Below are positions 10,106-18,829 of a stretch of 64,000 nucleotides of DNA, piece by piece. A program made the translations under genes and the position numbers. Origin of the DNA: a virus; IMG/VR virus record IMGVR_UViG_3300009365_003824, positions 1 through 64,000 of that record; one strand, 5' to 3'. Within the stretch, counting starts at the first letter, position 1. Every line of letters starts with the position of its first letter. The notes below the pieces were generated by a model, which did not search any database, was not told where the DNA came from, and was given only the letters and a program-made list of their open reading frames with translations.

Positions 10106-10791
10106 ACCATTTTCAATTTGGTTTCTTGAAAGTCTCCAAATTCAAATATGCCTTCGTGAGTTTCATCGGCCTCTCTAAAGTTCACCTTTTTTTTCTGTTC
10201 GATATACCAATCAGCCCCATACCTGAACCTTAGAAATTCTTTGGCATTATTTGGTCCCCATAATTTCCTGCCAAACATCTCTACTTCTTTGCGACCTTGA
10301 ATGAATATTTCAGGGAAAGATTTATGAATGTTTAATCCATCCGAAGTAAGTTCTCTTGTTAATACATCTCTTTTCCAAAAGAACAAATCTACAGTCATGT
10401 GATTAGTGGGACTTCTGGGGATTCTAATTACAGTTTGTCCATGAATCTTTTCTTCAGCAGCGTTTTTAGACTTGTGAATAAACATTCCATAACCGTCTGC
10501 TTTAATTCGGTCCCTCAATCCTATTATTTTCTTTCTATCTGAATAAAACACTCCTAAGTCCCCATCGGTATCGTGAGGAATGTTTTTTCCTGTTCTTACA
10601 GCCCCTAGAAGCGTTCCAAAATCCAACCAATAGTGAATATTTTGTTCTTCAAATAAATCATGCAAGTAAAACAGCACATCCCTCAGATGATTTACACAAC
10701 AGGGGGGCATGACTCTTTTTCTATTGACCCTTGGCCAGTCTTTCTTTTCACATTTAGGCGTATCTAATCTACAACCTACTCTTTTTAGCAT
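10102..10791 (-). CDS. LicD/FKRP-family alditol- or choline-phosphotransferase 1
   Basis: GC-x6-C...PPCC, YWLDFGTLLGAVR, PHDTDGD, NHMTVDL; ATG 10791 follows upstream stop. Confidence 0.88.
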   Translation of the reverse strand: MLKRVGCRLDTPKCEKKDWPRVNRKRVMPPCCVNHLRDVLFYLHDLFEEQNIHYWLDFGTLLGAVRTGKNIPHDTDGDLGVFYSDRKKIIGLRDRIKADGYGMFIHKSKNAAEEKIHGQTVIRIPRSPTNHMTVDLFFWKRDVLTRELTSDGLNIHKSFPEIFIQGRKEVEMFGRKLWGPNNAKEFLRFRYGADWYIEQKKKVNFREADETHEGIFEFGDFQETKLKMV

Positions 10792-10792
10792 T

Positions 10793-11686
10793 TTAGAAAC
10801 CCAAAATTTCTCTTGTCCACCTTTCACCCAGATACTCCTTAGCAAAAGACCTCATGTTTCTAGCGTGTTCGTCATCGGCTGTCCTTATTTTATTCAAGTA
10901 AGCCGTAGCCTTACTGGTATCACCTATGCTAAGGTTAGCATTATATAGGTCCATAACCCTTTTGATGTGCCACGCCATGAAACTTTTAAATTGAGGATCT
11001 AACCTCTCTGGATTTGACATTGCCATACATAATGAATACACAGTAAATTCTAACATCTGCGTAACAGTTTCGCCTCTGCTTTGAATTTTCAAATCTATCC
11101 TTGTAGCTGAGCCATTTGTGTAGGCAATCCATTCATCACATATGTATAAAGGAGTATCCCCCCACGATCTAGCTTGTTGAACCATATAAAGATTGTATGA
11201 CATTCCTCTTAATTGTGGAGAAACATATTTAGCTGCTGCCTGCATGGTGGTTTTTGGCTCTTCCATAACAACAACATTATCATCCAGAACATAAAAAGCA
11301 TTAATTCTACGAGAGCTTTGCTCTCTAAAGTGGCTTCTTAATTTACTGGCTAACCCGTGCGAAGTCTCGTGTGCCCATGTGATACGGTCAGAATCTCTAT
11401 AAATGTGCCCTGCTGGCATATGAGATTCAATATCTGATAACACTTTTCCCAAACTACTATCCGCTTCTTTAACGGGTTGATAGGTTGAAAAGGTCGGCAC
11501 TGGAGTCTGCAATTCAGGCGGCGGTTGTTGTTGAGGCGGCACAGGCACCCCTGGAAGCGGGTGCTGCTGCACTGGCTGCTGTGATTGAAAGTCGCCTGTC
11601 TGAGCCGGTTGCGATGCACCATGAACGAAAAATAAAACCGATATGGCAAACGCTAGAACTAAAAACATCACCCTTCTATTGTTCAT
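10793..11686 (-). CDS. exported/membrane-anchored protein with HExxH (putative zinc peptidase)
   Basis: N-terminal hydrophobic segment, PQ linker, WAHETSHG, downstream DEW. Confidence 0.55.
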   Translation of the reverse strand: MNNRRVMFLVLAFAISVLFFVHGASQPAQTGDFQSQQPVQQHPLPGVPVPPQQQPPPELQTPVPTFSTYQPVKEADSSLGKVLSDIESHMPAGHIYRDSDRITWAHETSHGLASKLRSHFREQSSRRINAFYVLDDNVVVMEEPKTTMQAAAKYVSPQLRGMSYNLYMVQQARSWGDTPLYICDEWIAYTNGSATRIDLKIQSRGETVTQMLEFTVYSLCMAMSNPERLDPQFKSFMAWHIKRVMDLYNANLSIGDTSKATAYLNKIRTADDEHARNMRSFAKEYLGERWTREILGF

Positions 11687-11745
11687 ATCATCCTCCTTGT
11701 CTAAATATATTTATCCAGAAGGAGGATGTTTAACTACTTTATGTT

Positions 11746-12339
11746 ATGGACTTTGAAGGCATTAATTTCGATGATGTGATTGCTGACGCCGAGAAAAAGA
11801 AGAAAAAAAAGAAAAAAAAGAATTCCGGCGAAAAAGGCAAACGGGGTGAGAGAAACCTAGCGAAGGTTCTAAAAGAACGATTCGGATTCGAGTTTACTCG
11901 AACTGTTGGATCGGGCAATCGCTGGGGGCAGGTGTCATTTTTACCTCAGCACGCTACTGATACCTATTCAGGAGACATAGTTTGTCCTGAAAACTTTAAA
12001 TTTGTAATCGAATGCAAAGATGGGTATAATGACTTAGATTTGCATTTTTGCGTAGGTTCCAATAAGGGATACGCTAAAATTGATTCTTGGATAGAGCAAT
12101 CCATTGATGAAGCTAAACGAAGCGAAAGATTGCCTATAATTACTTGGAAGAAAGATTACAAACCTTGGGTAGCGCTTGTCCGAAAAATTGACCTACCTAT
12201 GCGCAGGAAGCCATATCTTGTAATCTGGAAGTCCTTCCACATGATATACAACGACTGGGCTGTGTTACCATTAACCGCTTTGTTAGAATTGCCAGACGAA
12301 TTCTGGTTTAAGGAAGCCAAGGGTGGCGAGGAATCCTGA
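11746..12339 (+). CDS. Hjc-type PD-(D/E)xK Holliday junction resolvase
   Basis: KGKRGERNLAK, SG, GDIV, VIECK; poly-Lys N-terminus. Confidence 0.8.
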   Translation: MDFEGINFDDVIADAEKKKKKKKKKNSGEKGKRGERNLAKVLKERFGFEFTRTVGSGNRWGQVSFLPQHATDTYSGDIVCPENFKFVIECKDGYNDLDLHFCVGSNKGYAKIDSWIEQSIDEAKRSERLPIITWKKDYKPWVALVRKIDLPMRRKPYLVIWKSFHMIYNDWAVLPLTALLELPDEFWFKEAKGGEES

Positions 12340-12661
12340 TAATTGTCCAATTTGTGGAACTTTTATGGAAATAATATGTACTGGGCACCAGCACAAAACA
12401 TGCCCATACATAGATGGCAGAACATATCCAGGCATTTGTTTCGTATGTTTTAATATCCCCAAAGTATGGGATATAACCTACGGAGAGGCCGAAGATGGTT
12501 CAGAAGATGTCTGGAAAGGCCCTTTTTGGGATCACAAGCATCTCCACACAGCAAAAGAACTCGTAGAAGATGGCACCACCGATGATATTGTGTGGGCCAA
12601 AAAAGCAGTTGCCGCAGTGAAGAAGAGAATCACAGCATCCAAAAAGGCAGGAAGATTATAG
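12323..12661 (+). CDS. Cys-rich hypothetical protein
   Basis: CPIC, CFVC; GTG start overlapping upstream gene. Confidence 0.6.
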   Translation: MARNPDNCPICGTFMEIICTGHQHKTCPYIDGRTYPGICFVCFNIPKVWDITYGEAEDGSEDVWKGPFWDHKHLHTAKELVEDGTTDDIVWAKKAVAAVKKRITASKKAGRL

Positions 12662-13882
12662 GTGGGTCACTCTTTTGTGTAGTCTTTTTTCGGCTTTGTA
12701 AAGCAATTCAAATTGATGCCTATATTGATAATACACAGTGGGGTTGTTTATTCTTAAAACAGTTTCGTCATTGTGTCTCAAGCCGGGGTGAGTATAATTA
12801 TAGGAGCCAGTCCAAACTATTCGGTGTTCATCTGTTTTTATTAATAGGAATTTATGATGCATCCTCCCACGCCAGTTATCTCGCACTTGGATTTCATCAT
12901 TTAACATATAAACTTCCTTGTTGTAATGCTCATTTCTAACAATTGCAAATGGTATTTTGTTCTCCCTAAGAAATGGAACGGTATTTTTTACGTTTTGCCA
13001 CTCATCACTTAGCAAGACTCGCACCTTAGATCCGCCTTCTTTGAATTTTAATAGGAACTCCCTCACTCTCCTTCTCGTGAAATAAGCCATAGCCACATCT
13101 ATGCGTGTTCGCTCCCCATCTGTTTTTTCATAAATCCTGTGCAGTTCTTTCTCAACTGGACAACTATCCCTTGGCATGAAATACGCTGCCGCAGGGGTTT
13201 CTATTGGGACAAGAGGCTCGAATCTGAATATGTTTAGATTGGGTCTGAGCTTTTTCTTGTTTTTTCTTAAATTGATGGTGTCTTGCAGTTCGTTCCAATG
13301 ATGAGAATATTTCGCGTAAATGTCTTTATCATCATAAATTACCACCATGTTATTAAATTGGTGTGTCTGGGTAATGTTAATATTGGCTGTGGTTTGTATG
13401 ATTACATATTTGCCTATTCCTTCCAATTCGGAAATGAGAAAGAATTTATCGTGCATGTAACCAGTTTTAGCCTCTACCTCAGCTTTGGCCATTTCTTTTC
13501 TTACTTCTGGATCATTAGTGCCAATGCGGGTGTCAATGATGACGTTTTTCTCATGGAAGGCAAGGTTGAACTTTTTTACTAAGGCAGGATGGTTGAATTC
13601 GTTGTATTTATCGAATATTATTTTAGTATCGCAATTTCTGGCTCTATCTACAAATGTTTGCGTAACAAAGTTAGGATTTCCTGGCTCGTCCTTCCATTTA
13701 TCCCTGTAATCCTTTTTAGGTAAACCTGTGTTATCGTTCCACATATAGATGGCGCAACGCACCGTAGCATCATGTGGAATACGAGAAAATAACTTTTCTA
13801 GCTCCACATACATGGAAAAATCTGGCTCGACTTCTTTATTTAACTTAGGTTTAGAAAAATAGGGGCCTAGAAACTTAACCAT
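12656..13882 (-). CDS. phospholipase D superfamily protein (two HxK half-sites)
   Basis: MHDKF and MHHKF, TGSYNYT, NDE; ATG 13882 chosen. Confidence 0.85.
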   Translation of the reverse strand: MVKFLGPYFSKPKLNKEVEPDFSMYVELEKLFSRIPHDATVRCAIYMWNDNTGLPKKDYRDKWKDEPGNPNFVTQTFVDRARNCDTKIIFDKYNEFNHPALVKKFNLAFHEKNVIIDTRIGTNDPEVRKEMAKAEVEAKTGYMHDKFFLISELEGIGKYVIIQTTANINITQTHQFNNMVVIYDDKDIYAKYSHHWNELQDTINLRKNKKKLRPNLNIFRFEPLVPIETPAAAYFMPRDSCPVEKELHRIYEKTDGERTRIDVAMAYFTRRRVREFLLKFKEGGSKVRVLLSDEWQNVKNTVPFLRENKIPFAIVRNEHYNKEVYMLNDEIQVRDNWRGRMHHKFLLIKTDEHRIVWTGSYNYTHPGLRHNDETVLRINNPTVYYQYRHQFELLYKAEKRLHKRVTHL

Positions 13883-13901
13883 AATCTGGGTATATATTAT
13901 T

Positions 13902-14306
13902 ATGAAAATAGGTTTTACTGTTGGAGTCTGGGACTTGTGGCACGATGGACACGTCAATGTCCTTGAACAATCCAAAGAACATTGTGACTACCTCGTAGTA
14001 GGTATAATGACCGACTACTGGGTTCGTGTCCAAAAAGGACACGACAGACCCTTCGAGTCTCTTATTAAAAGAATAGTCGGTCTCAGAAAATGCAAATACG
14101 TTGATAAAATTGTTATTTTAGACACGATGGATATGACTCCTTACCTCCAAATAGCAGATGTTTGGATAAAAGGGGAAGATCAATCCAATATGCGTCCAGA
14201 ATTGTGGCCGAATGAAGTCTATATTAAGAGGACTCCTGATGTTTCAACTACCGAACTAGGAGAAAGATTCAGAAAACCTGGAGAGCCTCTGAAAGAAGAT
14301 TTTTAA
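13902..14306 (+). CDS. TagD-like (glycerol-3-phosphate type) cytidylyltransferase
   Basis: GVWDLWHDGH (HxGH), LVVGI.TD, KG.D, RTPDVSTT. Confidence 0.88.
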   Translation: MKIGFTVGVWDLWHDGHVNVLEQSKEHCDYLVVGIMTDYWVRVQKGHDRPFESLIKRIVGLRKCKYVDKIVILDTMDMTPYLQIADVWIKGEDQSNMRPELWPNEVYIKRTPDVSTTELGERFRKPGEPLKEDF

Positions 14307-14311
14307 ATCAT

Positions 14312-15046
14312 ATGTTAAAAGTATTACGCGGTTGTACCGTTGCCACAAGGAAGTGCCCTTACCATAATTACGGGCTTGGAGTAAAAGCTCGGAATCCAGA
14401 ATACCTGAAAAGGAAACGGGGCAACGAACCATATATCTACACTAGAGAAATGCCTCCTTGCTGCATCAAGCATTGCAGGGAGTTAATTTGGTATACTATA
14501 GATTTATTGGAAGAAGAAGGAATCACGTATTGGGCTGATTTTGGAACGCTTCTAGGTGCTGTTCGAGAAGGAAGAACAGTTCCACATGATACAGATGCCG
14601 ATTTGTGTGCATTTGTAGAGGATCGACCCAAAATATTAGATTTAAAAGATAGAGTGCAAAAAGATGGCTTTGCTATGGGTATAAAAAGACCAATTCGCCC
14701 TGGTGATGACCATATTAAAATATGCCGTAGTGGCAAGAACCACATGACACTAGACATATTTTTCTGGAGACATGATAATCACAAGAACATCTATAAAAGC
14801 CCTGGCCTCAACGCACCTAAATCATTTCCTGATTGGTGGGTAGAAGAATTGACCAGGGTAGAGATTTTCGGCAAGAAAATGTGGGCACCAAGAGACCCAG
14901 AGCACTTTTTACAAATGAGATTCGGTTCCGCTTGGAAAAAACCGAAAGATGAAAAAGTGCATGATAGTGATGCCATTAGATCCCATGTCTATGGCTTCAC
15001 GTATGCCGACAAAAGAGGTTGGAAAAAAAAAGTAAAACTCACCTAA
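14312..15046 (+). CDS. LicD/FKRP-family alditol- or choline-phosphotransferase 2
   Basis: GC-x6-C...PPCC, YWADFGTLLGAVR, PHDTDAD, NHMTLDI. Confidence 0.88.
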   Translation: MLKVLRGCTVATRKCPYHNYGLGVKARNPEYLKRKRGNEPYIYTREMPPCCIKHCRELIWYTIDLLEEEGITYWADFGTLLGAVREGRTVPHDTDADLCAFVEDRPKILDLKDRVQKDGFAMGIKRPIRPGDDHIKICRSGKNHMTLDIFFWRHDNHKNIYKSPGLNAPKSFPDWWVEELTRVEIFGKKMWAPRDPEHFLQMRFGSAWKKPKDEKVHDSDAIRSHVYGFTYADKRGWKKKVKLT

Positions 15047-15243
15047 AGAGTGGCGTTTATCTCACAGGTTCAATAAAATCCCCCCCTAAACTCACCGAAT
15101 CTGCCGATTCGTTTGTAGCAAAACGATATTCGGAAGACATACCGTTAGGCGCAACATGGGCTAAGCCACCCAAGAAGAAAAAGAAAAAGAAGAAAAAACG
15201 AGGCGAGAAGCCAAAGAAATTCATAATCAAACGAAAAGACTAA
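15019..15243 (+). CDS. Lys-rich open frame lacking an ATG start
   Basis: Mixed AAA/AAG Lys run; its stop overlaps the convergent gene's stop by 4 bp, as real gene pairs do here. Confidence 0.4.
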   Translation: MEKKSKTHLKSGVYLTGSIKSPPKLTESADSFVAKRYSEDIPLGATWAKPPKKKKKKKKKRGEKPKKFIIKRKD

Positions 15244-15941
15244 TAATCTCCATTCAGATCGTAGTCAACTAGAGAGTCTATGTTGCAGACTCCACTGCTA
15301 TTCAACCCGGCATTTTTAGCGTTTCGCTTATCGGTTTGATTCATTTTTCGTCTGATGCTTTTTAAGAATTTAACACCCCTGAGTGAATACTTAAATCTAT
15401 CTCCATAGTATCCTGCCATTGCACCAAGAGCAAAAGTTTTGAACCATCTAGGGCCATAACACAACTGATCTGTTACTTGTTCTAAAGTTAAATCTCTCCA
15501 AGAGGCTAATCTTCCAAAATTAGCGCTAAGGGCTTCTCTTGACCCAATGGAACAGTGACCAGAACCAAATGATGCGAACCTGCTACACCAGTAATCCTTT
15601 ACTAGATCATCCGAGTCGCAATTGCCGTAATCAAACATTCCTGACATGCACATCTTCAAACCAGTTTGAACATGTGGTAGAACAGGATGGTAGATCACGT
15701 CATACATTGATGTAATCGGTTTTTTTGACCATCCAACAGAAAGACTCACTTTATATTGCTCATCGTATTCATCCCAGTCCTCCCAAGTGCCTGCAAACAC
15801 TGTGTATGGGAACTGTAATACGAAAGTTTTCGAGCCTATCCGAACAGTTCTAACTTGTGGGGGGTATTCTCGAATTTCCACCCAGTCGTTAGGCATCATC
15901 AACCGACGATATGCTTTTTTTCTCGTATTCCATTGATCCAT
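15240..15941 (-). CDS. putative prokaryotic E2 family D-like protein
   Basis: LQFPYTVF...IYHPVLPHV..GLKMCM...YWCSRF resembles the Prok-E2_D pattern. Confidence 0.45.
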   Translation of the reverse strand: MDQWNTRKKAYRRLMMPNDWVEIREYPPQVRTVRIGSKTFVLQFPYTVFAGTWEDWDEYDEQYKVSLSVGWSKKPITSMYDVIYHPVLPHVQTGLKMCMSGMFDYGNCDSDDLVKDYWCSRFASFGSGHCSIGSREALSANFGRLASWRDLTLEQVTDQLCYGPRWFKTFALGAMAGYYGDRFKYSLRGVKFLKSIRRKMNQTDKRNAKNAGLNSSGVCNIDSLVDYDLNGDY

Positions 15942-15988
15942 TTCTTGCTCCGAATGCGCAGAATCCGTCCTGAGACCTTTCCATTACC

Positions 15989-16016
15989 AGTATAGCACAG
16001 ATAGAGGCAATGTGAA
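15989..16016 (-). promoter_or_regulatory. sigma70-type extended -10 promoter
   Basis: TTCACA-16 nt-TATACT with TG-n before the -10. Confidence 0.6.
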
Positions 16017-16049
16017 AAAAACAACCCCCGGAAGATACCTTCCGAGGGT
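16014..16049 (-). terminator. rho-independent terminator
   Basis: ACCCTCGGAAG-GTAT-CTTCCGGGGGT then TGTTTTTTT on the minus strand. Confidence 0.75.
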
Positions 16050-16136
16050 CTTTTAGCACTGAAAGCGAGGTCTCAGAGCCATACGTCGGCCAAGGGTAAG
16101 CTATCCGTAGCTAACAGGTTAAATTAAGGGCTTGGC

Positions 16137-16874
16137 CTATCCGAATATTTGAATTTGATTTTTAGGAGAGATGTATAGGTTATCACCTACCTCTAACTCA
16201 AACCACACATCGTAGATACCACAAGGAACATCTGTTGTGTCCCATTTGTAATATCCATACAAATGTTCTCGTATTTGAACGAGTTCTCTGTCTACCACCA
16301 ATCTTAAATCTTCTTCTTCAGGTACACAATCACCACAGCTTTGGGCAATGGAAATGTATAAAGGAGATACCACAGCTATATTGCAATAGTATTTTTCCAA
16401 TTCAGATGCGGTAGGCACATTAGGAGTTATTTGGGTTATCAGGTATTGTTTCGCTCCTTGTGCTATTTGATTTGGACGAAATGAAAATGAAAAATCATAG
16501 ATCAATGGAACGGGAGAAGTGAACCACAAATCTCTGAAAACTTGGAAGTAATTCGTTACTTCAGCAATGTCATTTTCATCTTCATTGTATTCTTCAAAAG
16601 CAACATGCCATACATCAGAATAATTACCAACAACAAACAGCCTGTCCTCTAAATTTATTTCTGCACGATAAGTTCCAGTATCATCATGGGTGATGTCTGC
16701 TTCATCAATAGTGTGAACGAGGCGTCTTTTGGTAAGATCGTCAGGCTCATCATTATCGTGTTGATAAATTTCTACTTTTTTTATGGAGTAAACATCAGTA
16801 GGCACGTTGGCGTTCCAAAACAACTGCCGCAGTGTCAAGTCATCTCCTACTTTGGGATTTTGGTATCTTTCCAT
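16137..16874 (-). CDS. putative virion structural protein (beta-rich)
   Basis: Downstream of gp26-like gene; repeated G.Y.DVW motifs. Confidence 0.55.
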   Translation of the reverse strand: MERYQNPKVGDDLTLRQLFWNANVPTDVYSIKKVEIYQHDNDEPDDLTKRRLVHTIDEADITHDDTGTYRAEINLEDRLFVVGNYSDVWHVAFEEYNEDENDIAEVTNYFQVFRDLWFTSPVPLIYDFSFSFRPNQIAQGAKQYLITQITPNVPTASELEKYYCNIAVVSPLYISIAQSCGDCVPEEEDLRLVVDRELVQIREHLYGYYKWDTTDVPCGIYDVWFELEVGDNLYISPKNQIQIFG

Positions 16875-17119
16875 TATTTCTTCTTTTTCCTTTCACGCTC
16901 CATAGCTTTGTGTTCTTTTTCTTTCTGTTCAACAAACAAATGTATCAACTCTTTTCGCATATAAACAGGTATTCTTAAAACTTGTTCAAATCCGCCCATT
17001 CCAGGCATATGATAACATAGAAAGAAAATTTCATGTAGCCATCTTTTGAAAAAAGTTAGACTAGACTTTTCCCAATTTACTCCTCCTCCTTCCTCTTGTA
17101 TTGTGGGAAGAAAAAACCC
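16874..17119 (-). CDS. gp51-like tail/baseplate assembly domain reached by -1 frameshift (not in ORF track)
   Basis: 81 open codons in the -1 frame from GGGTTTT to a TAA overlapping ATG 16874; HEIFFLCYHM...IPVYMRKELI pattern. Confidence 0.7.
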   Translation of the reverse strand, partial: GFFLPTIQEEGGGVNWEKSSLTFFKRWLHEIFFLCYHMPGMGGFEQVLRIPVYMRKELIHLFVEQKEKEHKAMERERKKKK

Positions 17120-18042
17120 GCTTCTAGCGGCATATCAATGTTGAAGTCTGCTGTACAGGAAGGACAAACTAAATCAACTTCAGTGTCTACGCCAAACGGC
17201 GGATCGTTGACTAAACTTCTTAAATATGATACGTCCGAAATGGGAAGTCGCTTCAGAAGGATGGTAAGGGAATTGGCATCATCAATTTCACCAATATTGT
17301 TCAACAGTTGAGCGGTTCTATAAGTCAAAGTATCATCGGTTCCGGTTGCTCCGAATTGACGAACTCTTTTTTCTCTGTATGCGTTGACTTTGTTTTCATC
17401 TCTACCTGTGGACAATTTATAGGCAAACTTGTAGTTTGTTTTAGGGAGTGTCCCCATCATGTTGGCTGAGCCAAAGTCTTCGGGACAATAATTAACTTCT
17501 AGTGCATTCAGATTAATGACTTGGCCACCTTTGGCATCACACTCTGGGCACTTAACTTCTACTTCATACTCGTTGGAATAAGAAATACCACGCAACCAAA
17601 TCAGCAAGAAAGTTCTGTCAATAGTTAGAAGATCCAATGGGTTATAATCTTCTTGACTGCACTTTCTGAAGATCATGTCGATGGCTTCGTTTTTCTTTAC
17701 ATAACGAGGCGTAGCTAAAATTTCTTCTTCGGCACCTGTCATGGGTCTTACGTGTAAGACTCCACCACTTAGAACGCTGTCATCCGAGTAAAATACGCCT
17801 CTGGATGGAAGCACTACTTCTTCATAATTTAAAACCTGCAAGTCTTTTAACATATCTTGCAAAGGACCAGTCGGTGCTGTTGTTGGTCCCATAGGCGGTC
17901 TTTGTTTGGCAGGTTGTTGAGCAGGAGGAGCAGCTTCGCCACCCCCTTCAGTCTTCTCAGCTTGAACTTGTTTCATAGCTTGTTGAAAAGCCGGTGTTGG
18001 GTTTCCTTGAATGCTCATACCACCATCGTTTGCATCTGGCAT
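17077..18042 (-). CDS. T4 gp26-like baseplate hub/tail assembly protein
   Basis: LPSRG..Y, RPMTGAEEEIL, DRTFLLIWLRGISY, CPEC and CPSC, C-terminal FF. Confidence 0.85.
   Translation of the reverse strand: MPDANDGGMSIQGNPTPAFQQAMKQVQAEKTEGGGEAAPPAQQPAKQRPPMGPTTAPTGPLQDMLKDLQVLNYEEVVLPSRGVFYSDDSVLSGGVLHVRPMTGAEEEILATPRYVKKNEAIDMIFRKCSQEDYNPLDLLTIDRTFLLIWLRGISYSNEYEVEVKCPECDAKGGQVINLNALEVNYCPEDFGSANMMGTLPKTNYKFAYKLSTGRDENKVNAYREKRVRQFGATGTDDTLTYRTAQLLNNIGEIDDANSLTILLKRLPISDVSYLRSLVNDPPFGVDTEVDLVCPSCTADFNIDMPLEAGFFFPQYKRKEEE
17113..17119 (-). other. slippery heptamer G-GGT-TTT (programmed -1 frameshift site)
   Basis: In-register X XXY YYZ at codons 308-310 of the gp26-like gene. Confidence 0.75.
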
Positions 18043-18085
18043 AATGTTCTCCTAAAATTCAAAAATGTTATTACTTTAAGTTAGT

Positions 18086-18448
18086 ATGCTTTCGATAAAT
18101 ATTGACAATGTAGAAGACCTTGTGTTCTTTGATGAAAAATTACATTCCAAGTTGCCTGATTTTGAGTTTCTGTTTAGGCAATGGAAGTTAGGTAAAATGT
18201 ATGGGTTGAGATCACTCATAAGGCAATCTTTATTTGACTTTCTAAATCGCACCAATAATGAACACATTAAAATTCTGGAAGAATATTTAGGTCAGGATAT
18301 TGTTATCGAGGACAATCTCGACTATCATATAGTAAGGAATATTAAAGTTTCGGTAGAAGATCCAGAAGCAATCTGCGAAATAAGTGGTTACAATGGATTT
18401 TCCACCTATAGGAAGGGTAATCAGCTATATGTATCCTTCTGGCGTTAA
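18086..18448 (+). CDS. hypothetical protein
   Basis: 120-aa ORF divergent from gp26-like gene. Confidence 0.65.
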   Translation: MLSINIDNVEDLVFFDEKLHSKLPDFEFLFRQWKLGKMYGLRSLIRQSLFDFLNRTNNEHIKILEEYLGQDIVIEDNLDYHIVRNIKVSVEDPEAICEISGYNGFSTYRKGNQLYVSFWR

Positions 18449-18493
18449 ATTTTTTTGAAAGAAAAACTCGAATAATCATATGAGGGTGAAAGA

Positions 18494-18829
18494 ATGGAAA
18501 TAGCGAACGTAATCTTGTTTATTCTTGCATCTATTGGAATGACACACATTGTAGTAGATGGAAGTATCTTTGACGGTGCAAGAAATTGGCTTAAGAAACG
18601 TCTCTCGGAGAGAGTTTACAGCTTGTTTGAATGCTATCAATGCGCTGGCTTCTGGTGTGGTTTGATAAGCGGCTATTTTACAATAGCGATGTTTATGCCG
18701 CTTTGGAGCCAAGCCTTTGTTGCTTTCTTCTGCGGGTGCGCAGGAAGTTATCTGTCTGCCTTGGCTGCTATCCACATGAATGCTCTTGAAGCAAGAACAG
18801 TAATTGATCTAAACGAAAATGGCGATTAA
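18494..18829 (+). CDS. DUF1360-like membrane protein
   Basis: Hydrophobic helices; SIF...R...LFECYQCAGFWCG. Confidence 0.7.
   Translation: MEIANVILFILASIGMTHIVVDGSIFDGARNWLKKRLSERVYSLFECYQCAGFWCGLISGYFTIAMFMPLWSQAFVAFFCGCAGSYLSALAAIHMNALEARTVIDLNENGD

Noticed and set aside
16050-16137. HDV-like/theta or hammerhead ribozyme
   Set aside because: A P1-like stem exists but I could not place P2/P3 or the catalytic cores; kept only as an unassigned structure.
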